A stretch of DNA of 64,000 nucleotides. Source: Myxococcota bacterium. GTDB lineage: Bacteria > Myxococcota_A > Bradymonadia > UBA7976 > UBA1532. Both the position numbers and the translations under genes were made by a program. The notes under the pieces are model-generated. The model searched no databases and was not told where the DNA came from. It was given only the letters and a program-made list of their open reading frames with translations. Numbering within the stretch: the stretch's first letter is position 1; each line of letters begins with the position of its first letter. Positions 36,213-47,535 of the stretch are shown here, piece after piece. The stretch lies in assembly GCA_036337435.1 (NCBI GenBank), contig JAYZEG010000095.1, positions 7,393 to 71,392 on the forward strand, read 5' to 3'.

Positions 36213-36748
36213 TCGTCCAGTTTTTCTACGACCGTTTGAAAGTTTTCCCCGTTACTTTCGATGAAGACCTCGCCATCAGTGCGGACAATAGACCATTCAT
36301 TCGTCCTCTTAATCGATGCGCCAAGCCGACTTAAAACGTCCGGATCCAACGTGAAACATTGGACATATTCTTTTCGGTCGTAATCGAGTTTTTGAACGGT
36401 ATCCAAAAGTCGGTTGACGGCGCGATAGGCGTAAATCGTCACGTGTTTGGCTATTTTTGTCGCTTTGTTGAGCCGATCAAGACTCGGGCAACCGATGTCA
36501 AACCAGTGGACAAAATCACCATTTATTTTACGCACGAACAGCGGCGGTTCACTTGGGTCGCCAAGGCCTGCACGCGAGAAATTTAAATGATCTTGCTGGT
36601 GCAACGCGTAAATGAGTATCCGAGTGGCCAAGAATGACTCGGTTTCCGATGGATGCTGTGCCAGTCTCAGCTCGACAGTATCGAAGTAATTTCGGTCGAC
36701 GTCTGAGATGGATATATCGAACCGGCGCATGATTGATGGTCTGGCCAT
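36209..36748 (-). CDS. yaeQ: YaeQ family protein
   Basis: The family-typical segment is FDISISDVDRNYFDTVELRLAQHPSETESFLATRILIYAL. I prefer the ATG at 36748 (179 aa). The ORF is open to 36817. Confidence 0.85.
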   Translation of the reverse strand: MARPSIMRRFDISISDVDRNYFDTVELRLAQHPSETESFLATRILIYALHQQDHLNFSRAGLGDPSEPPLFVRKINGDFVHWFDIGCPSLDRLNKATKIAKHVTIYAYRAVNRLLDTVQKLDYDRKEYVQCFTLDPDVLSRLGASIKRTNEWSIVRTDGEVFIESNGENFQTVVEKLDD

Positions 36749-37018
36749 AATGTCTGAGTCCTCATATTTGTCTGGCAACGCGCGCACCATCTGAGCTTGG
36801 CGAGAAAGGGTGGTCAAGTCCGAAATCAGCCCGCTATGAAAAATGGTCTTCTTCGGGACCGGAACACCTCATTTGCCATGCGTAATGGCCGAACAAACGA
36901 AACATAATCGGGCGTCGGTCTGGCTGTTGCCACCGATTTCTCAAGCAATAGTCTTGCGTTTAATTCAATGCTGGCACCTAATTAGACTGCTAGGACCAGA
37001 TGGGACGCGTGTGTATTA

Positions 37019-38311
37019 ATGTCAGCAACCCCAAACGAGTTAATCAAATTTATCGACTCGAGCCCGAGTCCGTATCATTGCGTTCAATCGGTCGTCGAAA
37101 GACTCTCGAACGCCGGTTTTACGGAACTCAATTCCGAATTGATTTGGCCCAAATTGAGTGTCGGTGACGGCCATTTTATTCGTCGGAATGGCACATTGAT
37201 CGCTTGGAGAAACGGCACGGGTGCACCTGCTGGGTCAGGATTTCGTATCATTGGTGCACACACTGACAGTCCTAATCTCAGATTAAAGCCGACTCCGGAA
37301 TATCTGAGTCATGGACTCACCCAGTGGGGCGTTCAAGTCTACGGGGGCGTTCTTCTCTACACGTGGTTTGACCGAGACCTCGGTCTCAGTGGTAGGGTCT
37401 TTACCAAAAGTGGGGATGGGCTCATTGAACACTTGGTCAATGTCAGTCGACCCATCGCACGAATTCCAAGCCTCGCAATTCATTTCAACCGGAGTGTTTC
37501 GGAGTCTGGATTCAAACCCAATAAGCAAGACCATCTGCCTCCGCTCGTTGCCTTGGACTGGGCTCATGAGCAGGGCGTGCTCGACCATCTGGTGTCCGAG
37601 TCAATCGGGCTCGAACCAGACCAGATCGTTGGCCATGACCTCATGCTTCATCCGCTCGCCCCCAGCGCCTTGGGTGGGGTGGACGAGGAATTTATTTTTG
37701 CACCACGCATAGACAATCAAGCCTCGTGTTACACGGCGTTAGAAGGCTTGCTCGGCGCACCGCTTGGTGACCCCACCGCGCTGATTGCGCTTTTCGACCA
37801 TGAAGAATGTGGCAGTGGCTCTGCCCATGGAGGCGATGGGGCCCTCATTGAGCATGTGCTTCGTCGTATTGTTGGTCGGCACGAAGTGCAAGCGGAAGGC
37901 GGCTTTGAAAGAGCTGCAGCCAATAGTTATATGATCAGTGCTGATATGGCCCATGGTGTTCACCCCAACTATTCTGCATACCATGACGGACATCACAAGC
38001 CGCTCCTCGGCGGGGGGCCGGTCATCAAGACTCATACAAATCAGCGCTATGCGACCGATGGCGAGACCGCTGCGCGTTTTAGATCGGCGTGTGCGGCCTT
38101 GGATATCCCAGTGCAGGAATTTGTGATTCGCACCGATTTGCGTTGCGGGTCGACGATCGGACCGATCACCTCATCCAACTTAGGGATAAGAACGGTCGAT
38201 GTCGGTTGTTCGATGCTGTCTATGCACAGCATTCGCGAGCAAGCTGCATCGGCGGATGTGTCGATGATGGCAGCTGTCAAAGCCCACGTACTTGGCGGTG
38301 CCAATTCGTGA
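37019..38311 (+). CDS. M18 family aspartyl aminopeptidase
   Basis: Motifs are FIDSSPSPYHCV, IGAHTDSPNLRLKP, DHEECGS and SADMAHGVHPNY. Confidence 0.9.
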   Translation: MSATPNELIKFIDSSPSPYHCVQSVVERLSNAGFTELNSELIWPKLSVGDGHFIRRNGTLIAWRNGTGAPAGSGFRIIGAHTDSPNLRLKPTPEYLSHGLTQWGVQVYGGVLLYTWFDRDLGLSGRVFTKSGDGLIEHLVNVSRPIARIPSLAIHFNRSVSESGFKPNKQDHLPPLVALDWAHEQGVLDHLVSESIGLEPDQIVGHDLMLHPLAPSALGGVDEEFIFAPRIDNQASCYTALEGLLGAPLGDPTALIALFDHEECGSGSAHGGDGALIEHVLRRIVGRHEVQAEGGFERAAANSYMISADMAHGVHPNYSAYHDGHHKPLLGGGPVIKTHTNQRYATDGETAARFRSACAALDIPVQEFVIRTDLRCGSTIGPITSSNLGIRTVDVGCSMLSMHSIREQAASADVSMMAAVKAHVLGGANS

Positions 38312-38504
38312 GCAAGACAACGGACATCATCTGCAGACTGACGGGCATCGGTCTCAGGTTGTGATGGGCATTTGGGGCTGGCTGAGATCCATTTGAGCTG
38401 CCTGTTAATGGGACCGTCTCTAGAATTTCACGCCAGAACTTGCGCTCTTCGCATCGGCCTCCGTATCCTGCGTCTAGATTGGTCATCAGCACTGAGCACT
38501 CAGC

Positions 38505-39845
38505 ATGGTTCGTAAAATTAAAAAACGCCGTAAACCTGGTCGAAAGGGGCAACGAAACGCAGTTGATACGCGGGCAAGTAACCGGCCGATCAAAACACCT
38601 CCCGTCATGTCTTCTTCGCCGTCCAAGCCTCAACTCCCTGATCGGCGTGACCAATTCTCAATTTCGCTTTGTATGATCGTCAAGAATGAATCTCGTCTGA
38701 TCGCCGAATGCCTGCGCCGAGCGCGGTCCATTTGTCGCCAGATGGTCGTCGTTGATACAGGGTCTGAGGACAATACGGCCGACCTAGCTGAAGCGGAGGG
38801 TGCTGAGGTTTATCATCATCCATGGCCGGGTCACTTCTCTGCGGCGCGTAATCTTTCATTAGAGTATGCAAAAGAAGAGTGGATTCTGATCTTGGATGGG
38901 GACGAGTTACTCGAGCCGGAATCCCTCGCTGCACTTACGCAAGCTGACCTGACAGGCTTGGCACAGGCGGCAGTTGAATTTGAAATCGTCAATTTCCTAT
39001 CCGATGAAGCCCAGCCGTCCAATGCCCATTTCCAGAAGCAGATCCGACTGTTCAGACGGAGAGCAAATCACCGGTACGAGGGGTTGATCCACAACCAGCT
39101 TATCGATACGGAGACAGGCGGTCCATTGAGCTCCGTTTTCAGGCGAATCCAAGTCCTTCACTATGGTTATACGCCCACAGTCTGGGACGCTCAGAACAAA
39201 GCCCAGCGACTCGGCATGCTGGAAAAGGCTCTGGTTGAGAATCCAGACTCACTCTTTTGTCATTACAACTTGGCCAACCATCTGAAAATTCTGGAACAGT
39301 TTGAGCGGGCAGTGTTTCACTATGAAAAGTGCTTTGAGGGAGATCTTGGACAAGAGTGGGTCAAAATAGCACACTTCAGTGCCGCCTTTTGTGCAAACCA
39401 GCTTGGGCGATTTGAGCGGTCCATCGAAATCTGTGAGCGTCTATTGGCTCGAGAACCCTACGTGGCTGACGCACTGTTGAGGTGGGCTGAAGCGCAATTG
39501 GGTTTGGGATTACCTGAAAATGTAGTGGCGACCATCGCCCCCGTGATTAGCCATCCCTCTCTCATGGCCTACAAGCAACAGGCGCTCGAATTTGCGCTTC
39601 CCTACAGACTGGGTCGAGCTCATTTTGAATTGAATCAGCATCGGGACGCGTTACCTATTTTCGAGGGACTAGCCGAGTTTAGCCGCGACCCGACAGTATT
39701 TACTCATCTTTGTCTGTGCGCGCTGCATTGCGGCCAAGTTCAATTGGCAAGAAAGGCTTATTTGCGAGGGGTAGAGCTCGCACCCGATGACCCGGATTGG
39801 CCCGGGCTTAAATCTGTTTTCGATGCCAACAATATTCCCATTTAG
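38505..39845 (+). CDS. Family-2 glycosyltransferase fused to TPR repeats
   Basis: The GT2 N-terminal segment is SLCMIVKNE...VVVDTGSEDNT...ILILDGDE. The C-terminal half is helical TPR-like. The start is uncertain (ATG 38505, or a later ATG encoding MSSSPS). Confidence 0.8.
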   Translation: MVRKIKKRRKPGRKGQRNAVDTRASNRPIKTPPVMSSSPSKPQLPDRRDQFSISLCMIVKNESRLIAECLRRARSICRQMVVVDTGSEDNTADLAEAEGAEVYHHPWPGHFSAARNLSLEYAKEEWILILDGDELLEPESLAALTQADLTGLAQAAVEFEIVNFLSDEAQPSNAHFQKQIRLFRRRANHRYEGLIHNQLIDTETGGPLSSVFRRIQVLHYGYTPTVWDAQNKAQRLGMLEKALVENPDSLFCHYNLANHLKILEQFERAVFHYEKCFEGDLGQEWVKIAHFSAAFCANQLGRFERSIEICERLLAREPYVADALLRWAEAQLGLGLPENVVATIAPVISHPSLMAYKQQALEFALPYRLGRAHFELNQHRDALPIFEGLAEFSRDPTVFTHLCLCALHCGQVQLARKAYLRGVELAPDDPDWPGLKSVFDANNIPI

Positions 39846-39866
39846 CGACCCATCTGACGAGGCGTC

Positions 39867-41045
39867 TTAAAGGTCGACGATATCGATTTCAGCAATCGCA
39901 GCGTCGACCAGTGCGTCTATCTTGAGCGGGCTCTCCGCAGACTCTAGCACGGGCTGCTGACCGCGGGTTGCTGGGTGTTTTGGAACGAAGAGTGAGCAAC
40001 AGTCATCATAGGGGAGGGTTGAGGTCTCTAAGGTATCGATTTTTCGGGCCAGTTTAACGATCTCTGCTTTGTCGTACGTCACCAGTGGCCTCAAGGTCAT
40101 CATGTTCGTGGCCGAGTCGACCATGTGTAGATTTTCTAATGTTTGACTGGCGACTTGAGCAAGGCTCTCGCCTGTACACAGTGCATAACAATCAGCCTGC
40201 TTGGCCACTTTTGCTGCGATTCGGTACATGAACCGTCGGTAAAGGAGCACCGTCAGTTTTGGGTCGCATTCGTCTCGGATTGCCTTTTGGATCTGTGTAA
40301 ACGGGACCACATGGAGACGCATGCCGCCCTGTCGCATGGCAAGACGGCGCGCGAGTTCTTCTACTTTCTCGCGGCTGGCCTCGCTGATGAATGGCGGTGA
40401 GTGAAAGTAAATTGCGTTTAGCCTACAGCCTCGTTTCTGCGCGAGAAAACCTGCGACAGGCGAATCGATTCCTCCGCTCAACAGCAGCATGACTTCGCCC
40501 GTTGCACCGATTGGCATCCCGCCCACGCCTTCAATGGACTCGATCCAGAGATGGGCGATATCCCGTTTGTAGGAGATATTCATCACCACTTGGGGGGCTT
40601 TCAAGTCAACTTTTAAGTCGAGCGCGTCTAGAATTCCTGCAGCGACGTGTTGATTCATCTCCGGTGATGTCATTATGCAGCGTTTATCGGCCCGTTTCGA
40701 TTTCACAGCAAAGGTCAGTTGCTGCCCCTGCCAGGCTCTGACAGCGAGCTGGGTGGCTGTATCTCGAATCAGGTCGGGATCAGTGTTGACTCTGACCACT
40801 GGACTACAGCTGGTCAGCCCCGGCGTGCTGGCACAGATATCGAGCGCGGTCTCCAGTTGGTGACTTGATTCCAGATGAATGAAGAGTTGTCCTCGCGTTT
40901 CTGTGATTTTGCACGGGCCAACGGCGTCGTGTAGGTTTGCTTTAAGATTGCTTCGAAGCTTTTTGACGAACCAACTCTGATTTTGCCCCTTGAGGAAGAG
41001 TTCTCCCATTCGTGCGAGAATCAGCTTACTTTCGAGAGCCATCAT
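39867..41045 (-). CDS. thiI: tRNA uracil 4-sulfurtransferase ThiI (no rhodanese domain)
   Basis: It has a THUMP-like N-terminus and the PP-loop motif LLLSGGIDSPVAG. Confidence 0.9.
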   Translation of the reverse strand: MMALESKLILARMGELFLKGQNQSWFVKKLRSNLKANLHDAVGPCKITETRGQLFIHLESSHQLETALDICASTPGLTSCSPVVRVNTDPDLIRDTATQLAVRAWQGQQLTFAVKSKRADKRCIMTSPEMNQHVAAGILDALDLKVDLKAPQVVMNISYKRDIAHLWIESIEGVGGMPIGATGEVMLLLSGGIDSPVAGFLAQKRGCRLNAIYFHSPPFISEASREKVEELARRLAMRQGGMRLHVVPFTQIQKAIRDECDPKLTVLLYRRFMYRIAAKVAKQADCYALCTGESLAQVASQTLENLHMVDSATNMMTLRPLVTYDKAEIVKLARKIDTLETSTLPYDDCCSLFVPKHPATRGQQPVLESAESPLKIDALVDAAIAEIDIVDL

Positions 41046-41067
41046 GCCGACAATTTTATCCTCTGGT

Positions 41068-42198
41068 TCATAGGTAGACAGAACGCAGCTCTTGGACTAC
41101 GGCCGCTAATTTGTCAACGACGATGGGAATTTCCTCCCTTCGGTTGAAGCGTCCAAGGGTCAACCGCAAATACGCTCCGTCTTCGGGTCGTCGCCCAAGA
41201 GCGTGGAGTACGGCACTAAAGCGCCCAGAACTGCATGCGCTACCGCCACTCACGAAAACGCCAGCGGAACTCAACGCATTGATGACTGGCTCCGTGGGTA
41301 GGCCGGGAATGCAGATGTGAATATTGTTGTAGATTCGTGTTGGTCCGAAGGGGCATCCAGTCAAGGTGATGTCCGGGAGCGTCGCACTCAGTGACCGCCA
41401 GAGTTCATCTCGGAGGGCTTCGATCTTTGCAGCATCGTGCTTTTGACGTTCATGGGCCTCGGCCAGTGCCCACGCATGCGCGAGGGATGGCGTGCCCCCT
41501 CGACGTCCAAACTCTTGCCCACCGCCCTTTGCAATGGGTTGGAGCTCATGCCGGGACCAAAGTGCGCCACATCCCTTTGGCCCATGCAGCTTGTGCGCTG
41601 CGATGGCGACGCAATCGGCACCAAGCTGCGCTGTTTTAAATGGAATTTTTCCAAAGCCTTGGACAGCATCAACCACCAATCTGGCCCTCGGCGCACAGCT
41701 CCGGACGACTCGGCTGATCGAGCTAATGTCATTGATGCTGCCGATCTCGTTGTTTACCATCATGGTTGCAACGATTCGTGTTTCCTCGTTTAAAGTGGCT
41801 CGCAAGGTGCTCTCGGTCACGAGTCCGTGACCGTCAACTGGTATTTCGTCAATGACCCAATTGAATTTTTCCTTTAGCCAGCGCGCTGACTCCTTGACCG
41901 CTGAATGCTCGATCTGTGAATAGGCGATTCGACCCGGTCGGTCGCCAGCACTCCCGATAATGGCCAGTGTGATCGCCTCCGTCCCCCCGCCAGTGAATGT
42001 GACCTCGCGTGCTTTCGCGCCAAATGCTTGCGCCAATTTTTGTCGAGAACTCTCGAGCTTCTTACGGGCGTCTATGCCCAATTGATGAGCTGAGCTGGTG
42101 TTGCCATAGTACGCTGTCTGGAGAGCGACCATTCCACTCAATATCTCTGGGTCAGGTGGGGTCGTTGCGCCGTTATCGAGGTATATAGAATCAAGCAT
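41068..42198 (-). CDS. Cysteine desulfurase (NifS/IscS-like class V aminotransferase)
   Basis: The PLP-Lys context is AIAAHKLHGPKGCGAL and the active-site Cys loop is SGGSACSSG. It lies upstream of thiI. Confidence 0.88.
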   Translation of the reverse strand: MLDSIYLDNGATTPPDPEILSGMVALQTAYYGNTSSAHQLGIDARKKLESSRQKLAQAFGAKAREVTFTGGGTEAITLAIIGSAGDRPGRIAYSQIEHSAVKESARWLKEKFNWVIDEIPVDGHGLVTESTLRATLNEETRIVATMMVNNEIGSINDISSISRVVRSCAPRARLVVDAVQGFGKIPFKTAQLGADCVAIAAHKLHGPKGCGALWSRHELQPIAKGGGQEFGRRGGTPSLAHAWALAEAHERQKHDAAKIEALRDELWRSLSATLPDITLTGCPFGPTRIYNNIHICIPGLPTEPVINALSSAGVFVSGGSACSSGRFSAVLHALGRRPEDGAYLRLTLGRFNRREEIPIVVDKLAAVVQELRSVYL

Positions 42199-42319
42199 TG
42201 TGTACTAAAATCACCGTCATTGGTCGTTTTTCATCCAAATCGATTCTGTAATCCTACTATGTTATCGCCAGAAGGTCATCGCTTGTTGAGGCCCGTCAAT
42301 CGATGGAGACCATTTCGCC

Positions 42320-43450
42320 GTGTCATTTGGCATTTACGTCCATTATCCCTACTGCGCAAGGGTTTGTCCGTATTGTGACTTTAATGTGGTCGCCCGCCAC
42401 AGCATCCCACACCAGCGTTACGCCGATGCGATATTGACGGAGCTCGATTCGAGAGCCCTCGAATTCACCGATCGAGGTGACGTGGTGTCCATCTATTTTG
42501 GCGGTGGAACACCCGGGTTATGGCCAGCGGATCAAATCGGACGAGTACTCGATGGCATACGCGTCCATTTCTCTCTCGCATCAGATGCTGAAATCACGAT
42601 CGAGCTCAACCCAGAAGATGCAACCGAAGACGGTTTTCGAGACCTGTCTGAAATAGGTGTGAACCGAATGAGTCTAGGTGCCCAATCATTTCAGCCGGCG
42701 TTATTGCAAAAACTGGGTCGGCAACATACTCAAGACGACATTGTAAATGCCATTCGATGGGCTCGACTCGCGTCGATCAACAACATCAGTGTTGACCTTC
42801 TTTATGGCCATATAGGCCATGGGCTGGAGAGCTCTCTGGAGGATGTCAAACGTGCCGTCGGGCTGGGAGCGAAACACATCAGCACCTACCAGCTCACCAT
42901 CGAAGACAAAACGCTCTTTGGTCGGGAATTTGAGATGGGGATCAATCGTCTTGAACCTGAATCTCATCTCCTCGACATGTTTCGCTCGATTCGTCGTTTC
43001 CTCGTCGATGCGGGTTATTCGACCTATGAAATTAGCTCTGCCGCTCGGCCGGGTTATCGGTCTCAGCATAATCTCGTCTACTGGACGGGCCGTGATTATT
43101 TGGCACTGGGTGCTGGGGCACATGGGTTCTACCGAACGGATTCTGGTGAGGGGATTCGTTGGGGCAATATTTGTTCGCCTGAGCGATACATGGATGCGGT
43201 TGAAGCCGGTCGTCCGACGGAGCAATTCAAGCAGACGTCGACTGGGCAAGACCTGCAAGAAGAACTGCTCATGATGGGATTGAGAATGGAGGAAGGGCTC
43301 TTGGTCACCGAGCCCATGAAAGCCTATTTCGCCGACAACGCTGATCGTTGCGCGCGACTCGGACTCATCGTGATAGAAGGGGGTCGGTGGCGCGTGAGCG
43401 CGCGGGGCCAAGAAATTCTTGACGCTGTTACATTGGAGATGATCAGCTGA
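42320..43450 (+). CDS. hemW: Radical SAM heme chaperone HemW (HemN-like)
   Basis: The CxxxCxxC motif is in YVHYPYCARVCPYCDFN, with GGGTP also present. It has a GTG start. Confidence 0.88.
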   Translation: MSFGIYVHYPYCARVCPYCDFNVVARHSIPHQRYADAILTELDSRALEFTDRGDVVSIYFGGGTPGLWPADQIGRVLDGIRVHFSLASDAEITIELNPEDATEDGFRDLSEIGVNRMSLGAQSFQPALLQKLGRQHTQDDIVNAIRWARLASINNISVDLLYGHIGHGLESSLEDVKRAVGLGAKHISTYQLTIEDKTLFGREFEMGINRLEPESHLLDMFRSIRRFLVDAGYSTYEISSAARPGYRSQHNLVYWTGRDYLALGAGAHGFYRTDSGEGIRWGNICSPERYMDAVEAGRPTEQFKQTSTGQDLQEELLMMGLRMEEGLLVTEPMKAYFADNADRCARLGLIVIEGGRWRVSARGQEILDAVTLEMIS

Positions 43451-43738
43451 TGCCCTCCGCTGTTTATGGGGAATTCGGCACCTTTCCAGGAACGGCTGAA
43501 CCATGGCGGGACCGATGGGCTTATGGATTGGTCAATGGATGGGTCTCAATCTGGTCGCCGAGACAGATTAAAAAAATCCTCGTTCGGGTTGTCATAGTCA
43601 AAACCGTGTACATTATTGCCGAGCAAGGTCAGCGCGGGCGTTTTTTTCGTTCAGAAGCCATCGGATCGGTGACTATCGGTTGACCGCAGCGTCGATTTGT
43701 AGAAGAGAAGTACAAAACAACGACAGCAGAGAACGACT

Positions 43739-44398
43739 ATGTCAGAGAACGAAGTATCAAATGTCGAGGATGAGGTGTCCACTGAGGAGGCCAATGAAGA
43801 CGCCGATGCAGCCGTAGACGCGACTGCAGCCGATGAGATTAATCTAAACGAAGTGACGACCGATGATCCGAAAACCGAACGGATCAACGAACTCGAACTG
43901 GCTGTCGAAGACTGGCGGACTCGTGCCTATCGGTCTGCAGCCGACTTAGAGAATCTTCGCAAACGCTTCAACAGAGAGCGCGATGAACTCAAAAAATTCG
44001 GCGTTGAAGGCTTACTTAAGGACATTTTAGGTGCCATCGACAATCTTGAACGAGCGCTTGGACATGCCGAGCCAGACAACAGCCTCGCCGAGGGCGTTCA
44101 GATGGTTCTGCGTCAGTTTGTCCAAATGGCAGCCAAATATGGCGCCGAGCCATTTGAAGCGGCTGGACAGCCATTCGACCCACAAATTCACGAAGCGATG
44201 ACCCAGATCCCCACCAACGAAGCGGAGCCTGGAACGGTGATGGATGTTTTCCAACGAGGGTGGACGTTGCATGGGCGATTGGTCCGACCTGCAATGGTTA
44301 CCGTCGCAGCCGCAATGCCGCAATCAGCCGTTCAAGAATCGGACGCTGCTGGAAATCCTGAGCAAGAAGCGTCGAATGATGTAGACGCGGAGGGCTAG
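43739..44398 (+). CDS. grpE: Nucleotide exchange factor GrpE
   Basis: It has an acidic N-terminus, the segments AADLENLRKRFNRERDE and FDPQIHEAM, and sits upstream of dnaK. Confidence 0.93.
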   Translation: MSENEVSNVEDEVSTEEANEDADAAVDATAADEINLNEVTTDDPKTERINELELAVEDWRTRAYRSAADLENLRKRFNRERDELKKFGVEGLLKDILGAIDNLERALGHAEPDNSLAEGVQMVLRQFVQMAAKYGAEPFEAAGQPFDPQIHEAMTQIPTNEAEPGTVMDVFQRGWTLHGRLVRPAMVTVAAAMPQSAVQESDAAGNPEQEASNDVDAEG

Positions 44399-44499
44399 GC
44401 TGGAGACAATAGGAACAGTAACGTCTAACATACGGGCTCTGTCGTCGTTTGAATACGTTCAGAATGCCCTTAGAACGGCGCTTTGGGGGACAATAGGCA

Positions 44500-46341
44500 A
44501 TGATCATTGGTATCGATTTAGGCACAACCAACTCCTGCGTATCATACATCGAGGGGGGGGATCCGGTTGTTATTCCGAATGCGGAAGGCAGTAGAACGAC
44601 GCCCTCTATGGTTGCGATCACTGAAAGTGGCGAACGTCTCGTAGGACAGATCGCGAAGCGCCAAGCCATCACGAATCCCGAACACACAGTCTTTGCGTCC
44701 AAACGCTTGATCGGCCGTAAGGTAGAGAGTCCGGAACTCGCCGACCAAATCGACCGTTTCCCCTATGAAATCGTCAAGGCAGACAACGGCGATGCGTGGG
44801 TCAAATTGCGAGACCAGGGGTATAGCCCCGCAGAGATCGCGAGTTTCATACTCACCAAAATGAAGCAAACGGCAGAAGACTATCTTGGGCAAGAGGTGAC
44901 TGAGGCGGTCGTGACCGTCCCAGCATACTTCAATGATGCACAGCGGCAGGCCACCAAAGATGCCGGTAAAATCGCCGGCTTAGAGGTGAGACGGATCATC
45001 AACGAGCCGACTGCGGCCGCTCTCGCCTATGGACTCGAGCGTGAGGCGGGTCAGCGAGTGGCTGTCTACGACCTCGGCGGGGGCACCTTCGATATCTCTG
45101 TACTCGAATTATCCGATGGTGTCTTTGAGGTCTGTTCGACCAGTGGTGACACCTATTTGGGCGGTGAAGACTTCGACTTTCGCCTGGTAGAGTACTTGCT
45201 CGAGGAGTTCGAGAAATCCGATGGCATTGATCTCAAAGGCGACAAAATGGCGTTGCAGCGTCTGAAGGAAGCCGCCGAAAAGGCAAAGCATGAGCTGAGT
45301 TCAGCACTTGAGACGGATGTGAATTTACCATTTATCACTGCAGACGCCAGTGGACCCAAACATCTCAACTTAAAAATTACTCGGACTCGGTTTGAATCGA
45401 TGGTAAGCGATCTGATCGAGCGAACCTTGGAACCATGCCGGATCGCGTTGGAAGATGCATCTGTTACCAACGACGAAATTGACACGGTTCTTCTCGTTGG
45501 CGGAATGACTCGGATGCCGCTCATTCAGCAACGGGTTGGAGAATTCTTTGGCAAGACGCCGAGTAAGGGCTTAAATCCAGACGAGGTTGTCGCGGTCGGT
45601 GCCGCCATCCAAGGCGGCGTCCTGACCGGTGAGGTTGAGGACGTCATTCTCCTTGATGTTACGCCACTGTCTCTGGGTGTTGAAACACAGGGCGGCGTTT
45701 TTACGCGCATCATAGAGAAGAACACAACAATTCCGTATAGCCGAGCTCAAGTCTTTAGCACGGCAGTCGATAATCAGCCCATGGTATCGGTCCACGTACT
45801 TCAAGGTGAACGTGAACTGGCAAAAGACAATCGGTCCTTAGCCCGATTTGACTTGGTGGGTTTGCCACCGGCACCCCGTGGTGTGCCCCAGATCGAAGTA
45901 TCTTTCGAGATTGATGCTGATGGCATCTTGCATGTCAATGCAAAGGACCTTGGAACGGGTCGGGGCCAGCAGGTTGAAGTTCGTCCATCCAGTGGGCTCT
46001 CCGAAAACGAGATCGATCGGATGGTCACCGAGGCTGAGAGGCATAGGGAAGTTGATGAAGAACGCCGAATGCTCATCGAGTTGCGAAATTCAGCTGAGGG
46101 CTTAGTCCTCACCACCGAACGTTCTCTGCATGAGTACGGAGACCTGTTGACCCCGCTGGATATTGAAGACATTCGCACTGATATCCAGACACTGAACGAC
46201 ACACTCGACACCGTTGACCCTGAGGAGTTGCGCCTCGCGATTCAAAATCTCGAGCAGTCTGCTTATCGGATCGCGGACGCCATGTACGATGATGCAACCG
46301 GCGATGAACCGGATGAGGATGAGGTTGACCCGGAGGAATAA
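44500..46341 (+). CDS. dnaK: Molecular chaperone DnaK (Hsp70)
   Basis: Motifs are [20 protein letters not shown] and [11 protein letters not shown]. The C-terminal tail is acidic. Confidence 0.97.
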   Translation: MIIGIDLGTTNSCVSYIEGGDPVVIPNAEGSRTTPSMVAITESGERLVGQIAKRQAITNPEHTVFASKRLIGRKVESPELADQIDRFPYEIVKADNGDAWVKLRDQGYSPAEIASFILTKMKQTAEDYLGQEVTEAVVTVPAYFNDAQRQATKDAGKIAGLEVRRIINEPTAAALAYGLEREAGQRVAVYDLGGGTFDISVLELSDGVFEVCSTSGDTYLGGEDFDFRLVEYLLEEFEKSDGIDLKGDKMALQRLKEAAEKAKHELSSALETDVNLPFITADASGPKHLNLKITRTRFESMVSDLIERTLEPCRIALEDASVTNDEIDTVLLVGGMTRMPLIQQRVGEFFGKTPSKGLNPDEVVAVGAAIQGGVLTGEVEDVILLDVTPLSLGVETQGGVFTRIIEKNTTIPYSRAQVFSTAVDNQPMVSVHVLQGERELAKDNRSLARFDLVGLPPAPRGVPQIEVSFEIDADGILHVNAKDLGTGRGQQVEVRPSSGLSENEIDRMVTEAERHREVDEERRMLIELRNSAEGLVLTTERSLHEYGDLLTPLDIEDIRTDIQTLNDTLDTVDPEELRLAIQNLEQSAYRIADAMYDDATGDEPDEDEVDPEE

Positions 46342-46416
46342 GTGGCGCGTGCGCCGATGTTGAGCGCGTGTTGGACGGCACACTGGCCCGTCCGCTGATA
46401 TGATGTGAGCTAGACC

Positions 46417-47535
46417 GTGTCCACCAAAAGAGATTATTACGAGATCCTCTCCGTTCCACGTGATATCGATGCTGCGGGTCTAAAGCAGGCCTTTCGTAAG
46501 CTGGCCCTCAAATACCATCCAGACCGCAATTCGGACCCAGATGCAGATCGTCTCTTCAAGGAAGTCAATGAGGCGTATGCCGTTCTCTCTGATACCGAAC
46601 GGCGAGCCAATTACGATCGATTTGGGCATGCGGCCGAAAATGGAATGGGCGACCCATTTTCTGGTGGTTTTCGCCAGGATGATTTTCGGGATATTTTCGG
46701 AGGTGATGTCTTCGAGCAGCTCTTTGGGCAATTCTTTCGGCGTAGTGGGACTCAACACGGGCGCGATCTGCAAATCACCCTTGGCATTTCACTCGAGACG
46801 GTGGCCTTTGGCGATGATTATCAGCTGTCCTATCGACGAAATGCACCCTGTGAGACCTGCAATGGGTCTGGATGTCGTCCTGGAACACAACCCGTTCGCT
46901 GTGAAACCTGTAACGGGATGGGTCAGGTTCGCGTTTCACGTGGTTTTTTCGCATTAGCCCAATCGTGCCAAGCATGTTCGGGGACAGGCTTGACGATTCC
47001 GAATCCATGTCCGGCATGTTCGGGTCAAGGCGTGGCATCGCAAGAAGTGACTATTGAAGTCCCGGTGCCCAGCGGTATCTCGACCGGTCAAAAATTAAGA
47101 CTCGATGGTGAGGGCCATCACGGCATGCAAGGCGGTGAACCCGGAGACCTTTACGTCCTCATCAACGTAGAAGACCATCCATTTTTTCATCGTGATGGTG
47201 ACAATTTGATTTGTGAGGTGCCCATTTCATTTGCCCAAGCGGCATTGGGAACCACAATCGATGTTCCAACCCTAAAAGGACGCGCTAAGGTAAAGGTGCC
47301 GGCGGGGACGCAGTCAGGTAAAGCGCTTCGTTTGAGGGGAAAGGGCTTGCCCAACATTGGTCGGGCGGGTTTTGGCGACCAGCACATTCGACTCCAAGTT
47401 GAAACACCCACAAAATTGAATCATGAGCAGCGCGCCTATCTTGACCAATTTGAGTCAATTTTTGGTACGGCCACGGGCAGTGCTGAACCCAGGCGCAGTT
47501 CATTTTTGCAAAAGTTGAAAGAGTTCTTTGATTGA
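46417..47535 (+). CDS. dnaJ: Molecular chaperone DnaJ
   Basis: It has a J domain with HPD, a G/F region and four CxxCxGxG zinc motifs. It has a GTG start. Confidence 0.95.
   Translation: MSTKRDYYEILSVPRDIDAAGLKQAFRKLALKYHPDRNSDPDADRLFKEVNEAYAVLSDTERRANYDRFGHAAENGMGDPFSGGFRQDDFRDIFGGDVFEQLFGQFFRRSGTQHGRDLQITLGISLETVAFGDDYQLSYRRNAPCETCNGSGCRPGTQPVRCETCNGMGQVRVSRGFFALAQSCQACSGTGLTIPNPCPACSGQGVASQEVTIEVPVPSGISTGQKLRLDGEGHHGMQGGEPGDLYVLINVEDHPFFHRDGDNLICEVPISFAQAALGTTIDVPTLKGRAKVKVPAGTQSGKALRLRGKGLPNIGRAGFGDQHIRLQVETPTKLNHEQRAYLDQFESIFGTATGSAEPRRSSFLQKLKEFFD

Noticed and set aside
42701-43504. The 267-aa minus-strand ORF.
   Set aside because: It is antisense to hemW, whose radical-SAM CxxxCxxC motif and length are unambiguous. 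I found no motif in the antisense product.
43450-43683. The 77-aa ORF overlapping the hemW stop, as a possible small protein between hemW and grpE.
   Set aside because: It has a Trp/Arg/Val-rich odd composition, no SD and no recognisable motif. I kept it as unresolved rather than calling it a gene.
43451-43738. A CIRCE operator or an obvious sigma-32/sigma-70 promoter upstream of grpE.
   Set aside because: I saw no TTAGCACTC/GAGTGCTAA arms. The best TTGACC...TAGAAG pair (from about 43679) has poor spacing, so I made no promoter call.
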